Below are positions 50,221-61,053 of a DNA stretch of 64,000 bases, piece after piece; positions within the stretch are counted from its first letter, which is position 1, and each line of letters starts with the position of its first letter. The position numbers and the translations under genes were made by a program. The stretch lies in the NCBI GenBank assembly GCA_000092065.1, contig CP000596.1; one strand, written 5' to 3'. Below the pieces are notes generated by a model, which saw nothing but the letters and a program-made list of their open reading frames with translations, was not told the origin of the DNA and did no database searches. The DNA is from Ostreococcus lucimarinus (Eukaryota).

Positions 50221-51662
50221 TCCTCCACGAATAACTCGGGCTCGTGCACGCGGAGCCAGACGCACAGGCGATTGCACAGCGCCACCGCCGTCGTCGTCGT
50301 CGTCGACGGTTTGAGAGTTAAATAAATCTCAAAATCTCCGCCCACGCAGGCCAAAACGGAAAAGCGCGCGCGACGCTCGTATCGAACGCGCTGCGCGGCG
50401 CCGATGAATTTGGGTCCGGGTCCGCTCGCGTCGACGACGCCTTCGGTCTCTTTCATCGAAGTGTACGTCGACGCGTACGCTCGAGTAATCGCCTTGACGT
50501 CGGCGCCGTTCAACGACGGACTGAACGCGGAAGAAACGTGCTGATGACGCGCGGGGCGGTTGTACACGAAGTGCAAGAGCGGCTCACTCGCGTCCTGAAA
50601 CCCACCGAGGGCTTCGGATGGAAGTTTAGCGATGGACATCGATTCGCCGGCGGCGGCGACCATCTGCGCCAAAGCGCCGTCGTCGTTCAAGCGCTTTTCC
50701 AAGGCGTCTCTCGCCGCGCGACATTCCTCCATCGCGTCCGCGGATGCGGTTATGATACAAATCCCGATCGAACCCGACGACGCGCGCGTCGACTTCACCG
50801 GTTGTCCCTCATCGCCCGCCGCGTCGCCGTCGCGCGCCCGCAGCCTCGCCGTGTACGCGCGCATGAACCCGTCTGGATTAAATTCCGGCAAACACACGCG
50901 CGTGAACGAGTCTTCGTCGCCTTCGCAGCGCGAAACGACGCGCAGAAAATTCATCAACACGATCAAATCGCTCGCCGCGATCGTCGTCGGTCGATGTCCT
51001 CGCGGTTTCGCGTACGCCCCCACGCGACCGTCGTCTCCGAACGCCACGCACGCGAACGGTTTCGTCACCGTCTTCATCGCCTCCACCATCGCCCGCGCCA
51101 CCGTCTCCCGCACCTCCGCTCGCACGCGCACCGCCGTGTACGTATCGAACACGTAACACGTCTCCCAGCTCAAATTCCTCGCCAACTGCCCCAACACCTC
51201 GTCCGCCCGCGTCGCCGTCGCCAGCGCCCGCCCGACGTCAAATTTCGCATTCTTCGCCAGCGCCGTCTCCAATCCCGCGTTCGTCACCAGCATCTTCACC
51301 CCCCGCTCGACCCACTCCAGATGTTTCTCCAGCGTCGCCGCGCTCTCGCCTCGATCGCTCGACGTCGCGTACGTCATCGCGCCGCTCGCCCGTCTCGCCA
51401 ACCGCCTCCCCCCGACCTCCGCGCCCTCCAGCTCCCCCCCCATCGCGCTCGCGCTCACCGCGCCCAGCGCCTGCAGCGTCGCGCACAGCCCGCTCACGCC
51501 GTGCGTCGACCCGTACCGCGTCCACGCCGGCTTCCCGGCGCTCGTGAACGCGAGCACGTGTCGCCGTCGTCGTCGCCAGTCGTCGTGCTCGTCGTGCTCG
51601 CGCGCGCGCTTGTGCGCCGCCGTCCACGCCCGCGGCGCGCGCGCGTCGCGCGCGCGCGTCAT
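50217..51662 (-). CDS. MON1: Vacuolar fusion protein MON1 (SAND family) homolog.
   Basis: HVLAFTSAGKPAWTRYGSTHGVSGLCATLQALGAVS matches the MON1 longin-1 region (HFFILSSAGKPIYSRHG...). The overall length fits MON1. The track start is a TTG at 51746; I used the first ATG at 51660-51662. Confidence 0.65.
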   Translation of the reverse strand: MTRARDARAPRAWTAAHKRAREHDEHDDWRRRRRHVLAFTSAGKPAWTRYGSTHGVSGLCATLQALGAVSASAMGGELEGAEVGGRRLARRASGAMTYATSSDRGESAATLEKHLEWVERGVKMLVTNAGLETALAKNAKFDVGRALATATRADEVLGQLARNLSWETCYVFDTYTAVRVRAEVRETVARAMVEAMKTVTKPFACVAFGDDGRVGAYAKPRGHRPTTIAASDLIVLMNFLRVVSRCEGDEDSFTRVCLPEFNPDGFMRAYTARLRARDGDAAGDEGQPVKSTRASSGSIGICIITASADAMEECRAARDALEKRLNDDGALAQMVAAAGESMSIAKLPSEALGGFQDASEPLLHFVYNRPARHQHVSSAFSPSLNGADVKAITRAYASTYTSMKETEGVVDASGPGPKFIGAAQRVRYERRARFSVLACVGGDFEIYLTLKPSTTTTTAVALCNRLCVWLRVHEPELFVEE

Positions 51663-51964
51663 CGAGCGCGCGCGCGTCGACGCTCGATCGCGCGTCGCGC
51701 GTCGCGGCGTCCGACGGCGTCGTCCGAAACGCCGCTCGATGCGCAAAAATCAAATCAAACGAAAGAATGTAATCTTCTTCGCGATCGATTCGATCGTTCG
51801 AGCGCTTTTCGATCCCTCGGCGCGTCCGTCGACGCGATGTGACGCTCGCGCGTCCGCGATTCGCGATCGCGCGACTCAACGCGTCGCGATCTGCGGCGAC
51901 GCTCGAACGAGTCAGAAATTAAAACGCCCGACGACGTCACAGACGACCGCCGACGCCTCGAGCG

Positions 51965-53440
51965 ATGACGACGCGCGTCACGATCGGCGTCAAGCACGGC
52001 AAGGAGACGCACGACGTCGACGTCGACCTCGACGAGAGCGGCGCGACGTTCAAGGCGCGGCTGTGCTCGCTGACGAAGGTGCCGATCGAGCGCATCAAGG
52101 TGACGGGACTGAAAGGCGGACGACCGCTCGCGGACGACGCGGACATGCGAACGCAGGGCGTCGAGGCGCTGGCGCGACGAGGGAAGAAACTGCTGATGCT
52201 CGGGAGCGCGGCGACGCTGGCGAAGCCGGCGGAGGAGGTGGCGTTTTTGGAGGATTTGCCGGAGGGGGAGCGGGACGCGGCGAACGCGGGGGAAGGATAT
52301 CGACCGGGGCTGACGAATTTGGGGAACACGTGCTACGCGAACAGCGTGGTGCAGTGCCTGTACGCGGTGGAGGGGCTGAGGGACAGCCTGGGGGGGTACG
52401 CGGGAGGGAGGGACGCGCGCGGCGGGACGGCGGCGCTGACCACGGCGCTGAGAGATTTGTTCGGCGACGTGAAGACGGCCAAGGATACGGTGATGCCGGT
52501 GCGGTTTTTGAACGTGCTGAGGCAGTTGTATCCGCAGTTTGCGCAGCACGGACCGCAGGGGGTGCCGATGCAGCAGGACGCGGAGGAGTGCTGGTCGGCG
52601 GTGATGCACACGCTGGCGACGGAGCAGCCGGAGGAGACGCGACGGTTGTTCGGAATCGGGATGCGGCGCGAGTTGAGGTGCGCGGCGACGAACGAGACGC
52701 GCGTGGAGGATTCGGTGGAGTACACGTTCAAGTGTAACATCACGATCGAGGTGAACCACGTGACGGAAGGGTTTAAGATTGCGCTGAACGACACGCGCGA
52801 GCTGCGCTCCGAAGTCCTCGGCGCCGACGCCGTGTTCGAAGGGCAGTCGAAGATATCCAAGCTCCCGGATTACCTCACGACGCAGCTCGTGCGGTTTTAT
52901 TACAAGGCGGACATTCGCGCCAAGGCGAAAATTTTGCGCGCGGTGACGTTCCCGATCACCTTGGACGTGTACGAATTTTGCACCGACGAGCTCAAGGCGG
53001 AGCTCGAGCCGGCGAGAAAATTAAAATTGAAGCGCGAGGACGACGAAGCTCTGAAGCGCGTGAACGAAAAGAAGGCTGCTTTAGAAGACGTCGGCGCTAC
53101 CGCGAGCGGCGAGGGCGACGCATCGACGGACGGCGCCGCGACGGCGGCGGCGGCGAGCGAACCGGCGACGACGAGCGAGCCGGCGTCGATGGAAGTCGTC
53201 GACCCTCTCGAGGGCACTCGATTCACCGGCTTCTTCGACCTCGTCTCGGTGTTGACGCACAAAGGTCGCAGCGCTGACAGCGGTCACTACGTGTCGTGGG
53301 TGAAGAAGGACGACGGCTCGTGGACGGAATTCGACGACGAAACGCCCATTCCGAGAACAGAGGAAGACGTGTTGGCGCTCAAGGGCGGAGGCGATCACCA
53401 CATGTCCTACATCTTGTGTTACAAGGCTCGCAAGATTTAA
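51965..53440 (+). CDS. UBP6: Ubiquitin carboxyl-terminal hydrolase 14 (USP14/Ubp6): an N-terminal UBL followed by a USP domain.
   Basis: UBL MTTRVTIGVKHGKETHDVDVDLDESGATFKARL...LLMLGS. Cys box GLTNLGNTCYANSVVQCLY. His box GHYVSWVKKDDGSWTEFDDE. Confidence 0.8.
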   Translation: MTTRVTIGVKHGKETHDVDVDLDESGATFKARLCSLTKVPIERIKVTGLKGGRPLADDADMRTQGVEALARRGKKLLMLGSAATLAKPAEEVAFLEDLPEGERDAANAGEGYRPGLTNLGNTCYANSVVQCLYAVEGLRDSLGGYAGGRDARGGTAALTTALRDLFGDVKTAKDTVMPVRFLNVLRQLYPQFAQHGPQGVPMQQDAEECWSAVMHTLATEQPEETRRLFGIGMRRELRCAATNETRVEDSVEYTFKCNITIEVNHVTEGFKIALNDTRELRSEVLGADAVFEGQSKISKLPDYLTTQLVRFYYKADIRAKAKILRAVTFPITLDVYEFCTDELKAELEPARKLKLKREDDEALKRVNEKKAALEDVGATASGEGDASTDGAATAAAASEPATTSEPASMEVVDPLEGTRFTGFFDLVSVLTHKGRSADSGHYVSWVKKDDGSWTEFDDETPIPRTEEDVLALKGGGDHHMSYILCYKARKI

Positions 53441-53507
53441 AGAATTTGAACTAACTACTGTACGTTGTGGAAATTTGAAACATCCATCATTCTTTCTGAC
53501 GGTCGCG

Positions 53508-56236
53508 TCACGACTTCCAAACCTTTCTCCCGCGTTGTTGCTTCCCGCGTTGCACGGGTGCGTTTCGTCTGCGCGTGGCGGCGAACACGCGCGCCGCCAG
53601 CGGTAAGGCTTTCTTCTTGTCCTTCTCCTTGTTGCTCGAACCGCCAGTCTTCTTTTGTTTGCGCGCGCTCGACGCGCCGTACTCGTTGTCCTCGCGACCG
53701 GCGAGGACGGTGGCGAGACGCGACGCCTTGTCGTGCGCCTTCTTCAAGCCCGTCGCGGCGAGCGAATCAGGGTTCACCCGACGATCACTCGCGCGATCCG
53801 CCTTGCGAAGCATTAATCGAATGTGATCGGTCGCGACGTTCGAAGCCTTCATCGCGCCCGCCTTGGAGAGCGCGGCGTTGAGTTGCCGCTCCGTTTTGAG
53901 CGCCTTGATGCGCTTGAAATCCTCGTCGGTGAGAATGCGCTCTTGCTCCACCGGTCCACCCAGTTCGGCTTCCTCGGCCTCTTGCTCGGCGCGCACCTCG
54001 GCTTCTTCCTCTTCTTTACGCCTCTGCATCATTGCCTTGTGGCGACGCTTGAGTTCGGCGAGCGACAACTTGCCATTCTTACGAATCTTTGGCGGCGGCG
54101 CGTCGGGATCGATGGACGCTTCTTCGTCACTCTCGCGTCCGCGTTTGCCAATCGCTGGCGGCTCTACCTCGTCTTCTTCTTCTTCGTCCGCGTCTTCTTC
54201 TTCTTCTTCGTCCTCTTCCTCTTCTTCTTCGTTGTCTTCGTCTTCGTCTTCGTCTTCGTCGGAATACTCTTCCTCTGAAGACATTTCGACGGCTTCCTCT
54301 TCGCGTTTACGTTTCAAAATGTCGCGTTGAAGCAAGTCGACGCCGTCGATGCGACCCACCACTTCAGCTTCACCGAAACCCTTGAGCGTTCTTGACATAT
54401 CCGCCGCTTTCCCACGATCCTTCTTGTCGAGGAGGCCGGGCGCAATTTCTCGGAATAAAGCGATGAGTCCTCGCGCTGCGTTTGACACCGGCTTGTCGCG
54501 CGATTTTTTGTATTGCGTCAAATCTTGAAGTAAATCTTCATCCATCACCAAAGGACAGCGCGCACAAATTTCACGCACCGCGTTCAAACCAACCGCGGCA
54601 ATTTCAGGGCGCGCGCGATCGTGAATGAACTGGTTGACGAGCTGACGCAACATCGGCGCGAGCGCGTCCGGCGGCACGAGTTCGTGGCACGCCGTCGCGG
54701 CGGCGGCGAGAAGTCTCGTCACCTGCGTAAATGATGGAAATCAAACGTCAGTCGCGCATTCGATTATGCGTAAACGTAACCGCTCGATGCGTTCGCGTCA
54801 GGTACTAAGCGGAGGCGTTGGTATGGGTCATATTTGGAATGCCCTTGGCCTTGAGTTGTGTCGTCATTCGCGAGCGGGCGGCGCGTCGTCGAGCGCTCGA
54901 TGAATCAATGCGTACCTCCAGCTGACTCGGTTGAATATAGCGCTGCAAAAATGGATACACATTGAGCATGATGAGTTGATGCATGCCGATGATGCGACAC
55001 ATCATGAGGATGCACAGCATCTTCGTGTCGTACGACATGTGCCCGACTTGAAGCTTTCCGAACAGCAACTCAGCAAACGCTTGCGGATCGTTGATGAGCT
55101 GCATCGCGGCGAACCGAGAATCAATCGCTTTGTCCGCGTTGCGTTCTTTGCGCTGCATAGTCTTAATCGTCCGCTTTAGCTTCTTCTGCTTCTTCTTCTT
55201 AGACGAGGCGACGCCCTGCGCGATCGGAAGAAACGAGCGAGACAATTTTCGTCAGTATTTCGAACACTCGCTCGCGGCGCAAAGAAAAGAGCAAACGAAC
55301 GTCGCGAGAAAAGCCTCAGAGATCTTGGTGATTGATTGTCGTCACTGTCGAGCCTCGAGAGTAGCAAATATATTTGAACATCATCGGCTTGCACGTCGTC
55401 GTGTTTGAAAAAAAAGAGCGTTGAAAATGTGAGGCACCACGCACCGTCTTGTACGCCTTGAAAACGTCTTCCTTGGAAACCTGCGTGCGCGATTTAATCT
55501 CCGATTCGCGAGTCGACGGATCGTCGTCGGAATCGCTCCCATCCCCAGCTTCGGCTGCCGCCTCGGCGGCTTCGTCTTGACCTTCAAAAAACTTCAACGC
55601 GGCGATTAAGATCTTTTGCGATGGATGCTTGCACGCCTCCACCACCAAGTTGACCGTTTTCGCGTCGGTCCATATATTTCTCCGGTACATCTCCGTCAGC
55701 ACCGCGAGCGCCTTCTTCGCCGTGGCTTCGTTCTCATCCTTTATCGCCGTGTGCAAAAACGACTGCACCGTGCGATTATACTTGTCATCCGTCCTCTTCT
55801 TATTCGCCGCCTTCGCGTCGCTCACGATGTGTCTGAACATCAGCACCCGCAGATTTTTGTCCTTCACCCGGAACAGTTTAAAAAACAACGGCAGCGTCAC
55901 CTCCACACCGATCACGCCCTTGTTCCTCAATAAAATCAACGCGCTCGTCAAATTCTTCCTCAAGTGCGGGTCCAGTATCGCGTAATGTCGCTCCAGCACC
56001 TCCACCACCCCTTTCGAGAACCCTTTCGTCTGTTCCTTATACACCACGCTCACGTGCGCGATGAACGACACCAACTCACTGAATTCCTTATGATCCCGCG
56101 ACGGTTTCATCGCGAAGAGCGCGCGCAGCGCCTCGTAGTGTCGCAGCTGCAGCGCGAAATCCTCCTCGTATCCCTCCGGGTCGCGCTTACACGCGCTCTG
56201 CAGCGTCAGCAGGTCCATCGGTTTACGCGTCGACAT
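53508..56236 (-). CDS. SDA1: Ribosome-biogenesis protein SDA1 homolog. Three exons: 55445..56236, 54916..55215 and 53508..54722, with introns at 55216..55444 and 54723..54915.
   Basis: Exon 1 (ATG at 56234-56236) encodes LQSACKRDPEGYEEDFALQLRHYEA.... Exon 2 encodes ...FAAMQLINDPQAFAELLFGKL...YPFLQRYIQPSQLE. Exon 3 encodes VTRLLAAAATACHELVPP...GLNAVREICARCPLVMDEDLLQDLTQYK, collinear with human SDAD1. Donors are ACG|GTGCGTGG and GAG|GTACGC. Acceptors are cgcgcag|GGC and ttacgcag|GTG. CTGAC branches lie 24-30 nt upstream. The track ORFs start at TTG/GTG and miss the joins. Confidence 0.8.
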
Positions 56237-56473
56237 CGTTCGTCGCCGTCGCTCGTCTCCGGCGCGTTCGTCGCCGTCGCGCGTCTCACCGCGTCGATTC
56301 GCGCCGCGCGTCGAAAAGCGTCCCGGCGGCGGCGGCGCGTCGCGCTCGTCTCCCTCGCGCGCGCCCTCGCGTCGCTCGGCGCGGCGTCGGGACGCTGCGG
56401 TTCAAACGAACGATCGCCGCGGGTCCTCTCGCGCGCGCGTCGACGCGCGAGCGCGAGCGCGCGTCGAAAAGTG

Positions 56474-57991
56474 ATGCCGCGCGCGGCATCACTTCGCCGC
56501 GCGATGTCCCGACGCTCGCGCTCGCGCTCGCGCTCGCCGCGTCGCGCGCGCCGCGCGCGCTCGCGCTCGCGGTCGTCGAGCGCGTCCGCGCGCGCGCGTC
56601 GCCGCTCGCGGCGGTCTCGCGACGCGTCGTCGTCGACGTCGGACGCATCGCGGTCGCGCGCGCGAAATCGCTCGCGACGGCGCGACGCGTCGCGCGATCG
56701 CGACGCCGCGCGGCGACGACGGTCGTCGCGGTCGCGATCGACGTCGCGCGAGCGCGCGAGCGGCGCGGCGGTCCCGAACGCGATGGAGGAGGCGTTGCGA
56801 AAGCGGCGGCGACTCGAGGCGGCGCGGCGACTGTTGGGCGTCAAGCGCGGAAATCGCGACGAGGACGCGAACGAGGGAAGAGACGCGGGAGATGAGGGTT
56901 TGGATGGCGTGGACTCGTTGGACGCGTACATGGCGCGCGAGGTGGATCCGGAGGTGGAGAGGCGACGTCGCGCGGAGGCGACGGCGGCGGCGGAGGCGAA
57001 GCGACGACGCGCGATGGAGATCGCCGAGGCGAAGGCGCGAGGCGAACGCGTGCGCGCGCGAGAGGACGTGGTGATGTTAGAGCGCGCGGAGGCGGAGGCG
57101 GAGGCGACGGTGACGCCGGACGAGGTGATTGAGATTCCGAGCGGTAAGGTGAAGTTGCTGATAGGCGCCGGCGGGTGCAACGTGAAGGAGGTGATGCGTA
57201 AGAGTAAGGCGATGGTGCAGGTGCTGAAGAGCGAGGGGGCGATGAATGAAGGGTTTTCGGGGATGGACATACACGCCGCGAACGCGGCGGCGCGCGTCGC
57301 GACGCAGAGAATGTTGGACGCGATTACGGCGAGCGTCGCCGTCGGCGAGGACGTCGGCGAGGAAGACGCCGGCGAAGGCGACGACGTTTTAGCGCCGAAA
57401 GATAAAGCATCGAACGCGACGAAAACAAAAACCACGACGGATGCACCAGCCATGACAAAAATCATGATCAACGGTAGTGAAGAGGCGCGAACGATGGCGA
57501 AGCGGTTGATCGAGGAATTGTTCCAACGCGCCGTCGAGGAAAAGCGTGAACGCCGCGGCGAGGATCGCGAGCGTAAAAAAGAACAGCGCGCGCGGGAGCG
57601 GCGAATGTACCACTTGCGACACGTCGCTGATTACGAGCGTTTAGAAGTTCCGCTCGGGGCACCGAAGGACGACGTGAAGTCGGCGTATAGAAAGCTCGCC
57701 GTGCGCTGGCACCCCGACAAACATCCCGAGGGTCCGGCGCGCGTCGCCGCGGCGGAGCGCTTCGCCGTCATCCAAGCCTCGTACAATAACCTCATGACCA
57801 CGGACGAGGAGCAAGGAATGATGGGTTCGATCGCACACACGTCGACGCAATCGAAATCGGCGAAGCCGCCACCGAACGTCGTCGAAGCGCGCAAGGCGCT
57901 CGAGACGCGCGCCGAATTCGAGCGCGCGCTCAAGGCACAAATGGCCGCCACCGAAGCCGCCGCCGCGCGCCGCGCGTATAAAACTTTGTAA
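56474..57991 (+). CDS. Protein with an N-terminal Arg/Ser-rich (RS-like) region, one KH domain and a C-terminal J domain.
   Basis: RS region RSRSRSRSPRRARRARSRSRSSS...RSSRSRSTSRER. KH core IEIPSGKVKLLIGAGGCNVKEVMRKS. J domain DYERLEVPLGAPKDDVKSAYRKLAVRWHPDKHPE...ERFAVIQASYNNL. First ATG downstream of the divergent SDA1 start is at 56474. Confidence 0.6.
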   Translation: MPRAASLRRAMSRRSRSRSRSPRRARRARSRSRSSSASARARRRSRRSRDASSSTSDASRSRARNRSRRRDASRDRDAARRRRSSRSRSTSRERASGAAVPNAMEEALRKRRRLEAARRLLGVKRGNRDEDANEGRDAGDEGLDGVDSLDAYMAREVDPEVERRRRAEATAAAEAKRRRAMEIAEAKARGERVRAREDVVMLERAEAEAEATVTPDEVIEIPSGKVKLLIGAGGCNVKEVMRKSKAMVQVLKSEGAMNEGFSGMDIHAANAAARVATQRMLDAITASVAVGEDVGEEDAGEGDDVLAPKDKASNATKTKTTTDAPAMTKIMINGSEEARTMAKRLIEELFQRAVEEKRERRGEDRERKKEQRARERRMYHLRHVADYERLEVPLGAPKDDVKSAYRKLAVRWHPDKHPEGPARVAAAERFAVIQASYNNLMTTDEEQGMMGSIAHTSTQSKSAKPPPNVVEARKALETRAEFERALKAQMAATEAAAARRAYKTL

Positions 57992-58563
57992 TCTTTATAG
58001 AATCGTAGCCCTCATCGAGCGTCAGTCGCACGCGCGCGCGTTGAGGACGCCATCGAAAACGCCGTCTCGCGCGCGCCGAATCTGGATCCTCACACCGCGT
58101 CCAACCTTTCATCCCACGATGCCCAGCTGCCCGCGGTTGCCCTCCTGCACGGGTCGCTCTCCGGTACGCGCGCGATCTCGCGCGCGCGCCTTCGCGCCGT
58201 CGTCGCGCGCGCTCGAAAGACTGAAGAAGCGTAACGACGTCCACTTTGAAACACTTTGACGACAAAGACTGACGACGACGACCGCACGCGCCCGATGACG
58301 CGCAGTTACCGTGGACGATGATCACCTGGGGCTTGTGGATCATCCTATCGAGCATCAACATCGCGAGTGTGTGTTTGGTGGCGCTCACGGCGAAGGTACG
58401 CTCGGCGCTCGGCGCGCGCTCGGCGCGCGCTCGGCGAAGCGAATTTCATTCGGGCGCTCAAAACGACAAAGACTGACTGAATGCGTTCAATTCGCGCGCG
58501 CAGTATATAAAAAATGTCGTGGACCCGGTCACGGCGAAAGATTTGTTGGAACCAATTCATGCG

Positions 58564-59121
58564 ATGAGGTCTTACATGGCGGGCGTGTGCGTGGCCGTGG
58601 TGGCGTTTCACGTGATTTCGTTGTTCACACTCTTGTACAAGACGACGAAAAAGGGTGGCGTGACGCCGTGGTACGGTTTCGTTCTCGGCGGAACGTTTTA
58701 CATGATATTCATCATGATAGGTCAAGGACTCTTTGCGGGCGCGTTTCATCCGAATTTCGCGGCGATTCACGACTACCAAGTGTCGCAAAACAATCCGGGA
58801 ATTTATGGAAAGACGGAGTCGGATCGAAGCAAGGCGTTGGAGGGGCTGTCGTACACGAGCGCGGCTTTGTTCAGCGTTTCGTTTCTGATTTTGTTGTTCT
58901 ACCGGGACACGATTTGCGGTGCGACAGTACCACGAGAAGTGGCATCGGCGCCGCCGCCGGTTGCGTCGTCGACGCGGTCAAAGTCAAAGAAGGGTGCGTT
59001 TCGCGCCACGCAGCTGAGCGACAACGCGGCGTCTCCGAGCCATTCGGTTGTGGAAATGGGCGAGAGAAGCGATGGAGGATCGTCGCTTAGATTCGGCGCC
59101 GATAGATTTGCCGCGTCTTAG
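58564..59121 (+). CDS. Hypothetical small membrane protein with 3-4 predicted TM helices.
   Basis: The ORF lies in an unusually AT-rich stretch. The track start is a GTG at 58519; the first ATG is at 58564 (MRSYMAGVCVAVVAFHVISLFTLLY...). No homolog recognised. It may be non-coding. Confidence 0.25.
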   Translation: MRSYMAGVCVAVVAFHVISLFTLLYKTTKKGGVTPWYGFVLGGTFYMIFIMIGQGLFAGAFHPNFAAIHDYQVSQNNPGIYGKTESDRSKALEGLSYTSAALFSVSFLILLFYRDTICGATVPREVASAPPPVASSTRSKSKKGAFRATQLSDNAASPSHSVVEMGERSDGGSSLRFGADRFAAS

Positions 59122-59312
59122 CCGCCGGCGTTCTCTTTGAAATGCAAGATATGTCTAAGAGTACGACGTCATTTGTGCTACTTAAACGCACGACACCGTC
59201 GACACCATCGATGGTGATGAGCTCGCCGGTGTCGCCGCGGGACGCGTCTCCAGAATCGGTGACGATGATGACTGACGTCTTCTTTTCCCGGTCGCACGAT
59301 CTCGAGCTCTTG

Positions 59313-60626
59313 TCAATTTTCCTCTTTCGATTCAAACGAGCCAAAGAGACCCTGTCCCTTTGCACGGTCCGTTCGGTCGATGTCGATCGGCGGAACGCTC
59401 CAATGCATTCCGAGCGCGTCCAGAGCCTCGATTTTTCGCGCGCTCAATTCGCCAGCCTCGCGTTTCACTCGCATCTTACGAATCCACTGGTGGAGTTTTT
59501 TATCGCGCCTGGCGAGGACGTGCGGCGAACCATGAGTTTCGACGTACTCGGCGAAACGCGCTATATTTTTCTCAAATCCCGCGGCGCGCTTCACCTTCCA
59601 CTCCACACACACGCCATCGAGCGCTTCGACACGTTCGAGCTCGAGCTCCCCCTTTTCAAACCGCCGTCGTTGCTGCCGAATCCATTGAAACAGCGCGTCG
59701 TCTTCGCTCGATCGCGGTAACGCGCCGCGCGTCTCGTAAAACGATCGCATCGCAGACAACCGATCTTCCCAAGATTTGTGAACGGTGGAGCGCACGTCCC
59801 ACTCCACACCGAGCGCATCGAGCGCTGTTTCCCGCTCTTTAGAAAGCTTCCCGTCCCGCTTCGCCTTGCGTTGGTCGAGCAGCCAGAAATAGAGACCGTC
59901 TTCCTCGTCTTCGCGCACGCGACAGTGCCCGCGCGTCTTCACGTACGCCTCCAACGCCTCGCACCGAGTCTCCCACTGCACGACCCTCCGTTCCTCCACA
60001 CCATCGAAGTCCACCCCCAAATCCCTCAACGCCTCGTACTTTTCGCGCGACAGCGACCCGTCGCGGTGATCCGCCACGCAGTGACTCACCCACCGCGACA
60101 ACGCCTTCGATCGCGGCACCGCCCCATCCGACGCATAACACCTCGCCAGCTCCCTCAACCGCGCATCAAACGTAAATATCTCCTCCGGCACCTTCGTGAT
60201 CGCCTTTCGCAGCTCGAACGTCACCCCCAGCGCCCGCAATCGTTCCATTCGCGTCTCGCTCAGTTCGCCTCGCCGCGCCAGGTACCGCTGCCTCGCCAAC
60301 CATCGTCGCTGCGCGTTCAGCTCCCGCGGCAACCGCGCGACGTCCGCGCCGTGCATCGACTTGAACAGCGCGACCTCGTCGAACCTGTCGTCCCAGGACG
60401 CGCGCGCGCGACGCGGCGTTCCGTTTTCGTCGTCGCGAGACGCGCTAACGGTCGCGCATCTTCTTCGCGGTCTCGCGTCGCGCGCGGTCGCGCGTCGCGC
60501 GTCGCGGCGCGGCGTCGCGCGCGGTCGCGCGCGCGCGTCCGCGCCGCGCGCCGCCGTCGCGAGCGATCCCGGCATCGCGCCGCGCGCGCGTCGGCAGATG
60601 ACGTCGCGCGGCATCGCAATCATCAT
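59313..60626 (-). CDS. Protein made of 5-6 tandem helicase-associated (HA, PF03457-like) domain repeats.
   Basis: Recurrent ~60-aa units W-(E/D)xR(F/L)xxLxxFxxxHG...PRxxxxLxxWVxxQRxxxxxGxLSxERxxxLxxLG(V/M)xW (for example WDDRFDEVALFKSMHG...LRALGVTF and WEDRLSAMRSFYETRG...VEALDGVCVEW). The track start is a GTG at 60767; the first ATGs are at 60624-60626. Confidence 0.55.
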   Translation of the reverse strand: MMIAMPRDVICRRARGAMPGSLATAARGADARARPRATPRRDARRATARDARPRRRCATVSASRDDENGTPRRARASWDDRFDEVALFKSMHGADVARLPRELNAQRRWLARQRYLARRGELSETRMERLRALGVTFELRKAITKVPEEIFTFDARLRELARCYASDGAVPRSKALSRWVSHCVADHRDGSLSREKYEALRDLGVDFDGVEERRVVQWETRCEALEAYVKTRGHCRVREDEEDGLYFWLLDQRKAKRDGKLSKERETALDALGVEWDVRSTVHKSWEDRLSAMRSFYETRGALPRSSEDDALFQWIRQQRRRFEKGELELERVEALDGVCVEWKVKRAAGFEKNIARFAEYVETHGSPHVLARRDKKLHQWIRKMRVKREAGELSARKIEALDALGMHWSVPPIDIDRTDRAKGQGLFGSFESKEEN

Positions 60627-61053
60627 CGCGCGCGCCGTCGCCGCGCGTCCGCGCGCGCCGGTCGCGCGCGTCGGCGCGTCGCGCGTCCGACGCGCTCGAC
60701 GCGTCGCCTCGATCGCGCGACGCGACGACGCGCGCGACGCGACGCGCGCGCGCGCGCGAAGTTTCACGCTGCTCGTCGAGCGGTCGCCGAGCGTCGACGT
60801 CGTCCATCAGCGCGCCGCGCTCGACGCGTGCGACGCGATCGTCCATCCGGACTTCGGCGACGACGATTCGAGCGACGCGCGCGGCGAGGACGGCGCGCGC
60901 GCGTCGGTGCGGTCGGTGTCGGGGGCGCGGTGTCGGGACGCGGCGGCGGCGCGCGCGCGAATCTCGCGCGCGGTCGCGCGACGGCGCGATGCGGGCGGCG
61001 GTGGACGGTTCGCGCTGTTGTGCGTGAGCGGCGACGGCGATCGGGGAGGCGGG

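Noticed and set aside
50538-51842. 434-aa plus-strand ORF overlapping MON1.
   Set aside because: R/P/H-rich and antisense to a recognisable MON1 reading frame. No domain recognised.
51755-52759. 334-aa minus-strand ORF overlapping USP14.
   Set aside because: Antisense to the USP14 UBL and Cys box. Low-complexity R/L/P-rich.
56206-57471. 421-aa minus-strand ORF across the RS-KH-J gene.
   Set aside because: Antisense, low-complexity, no motifs. The plus-strand frame has KH and J-domain signatures.
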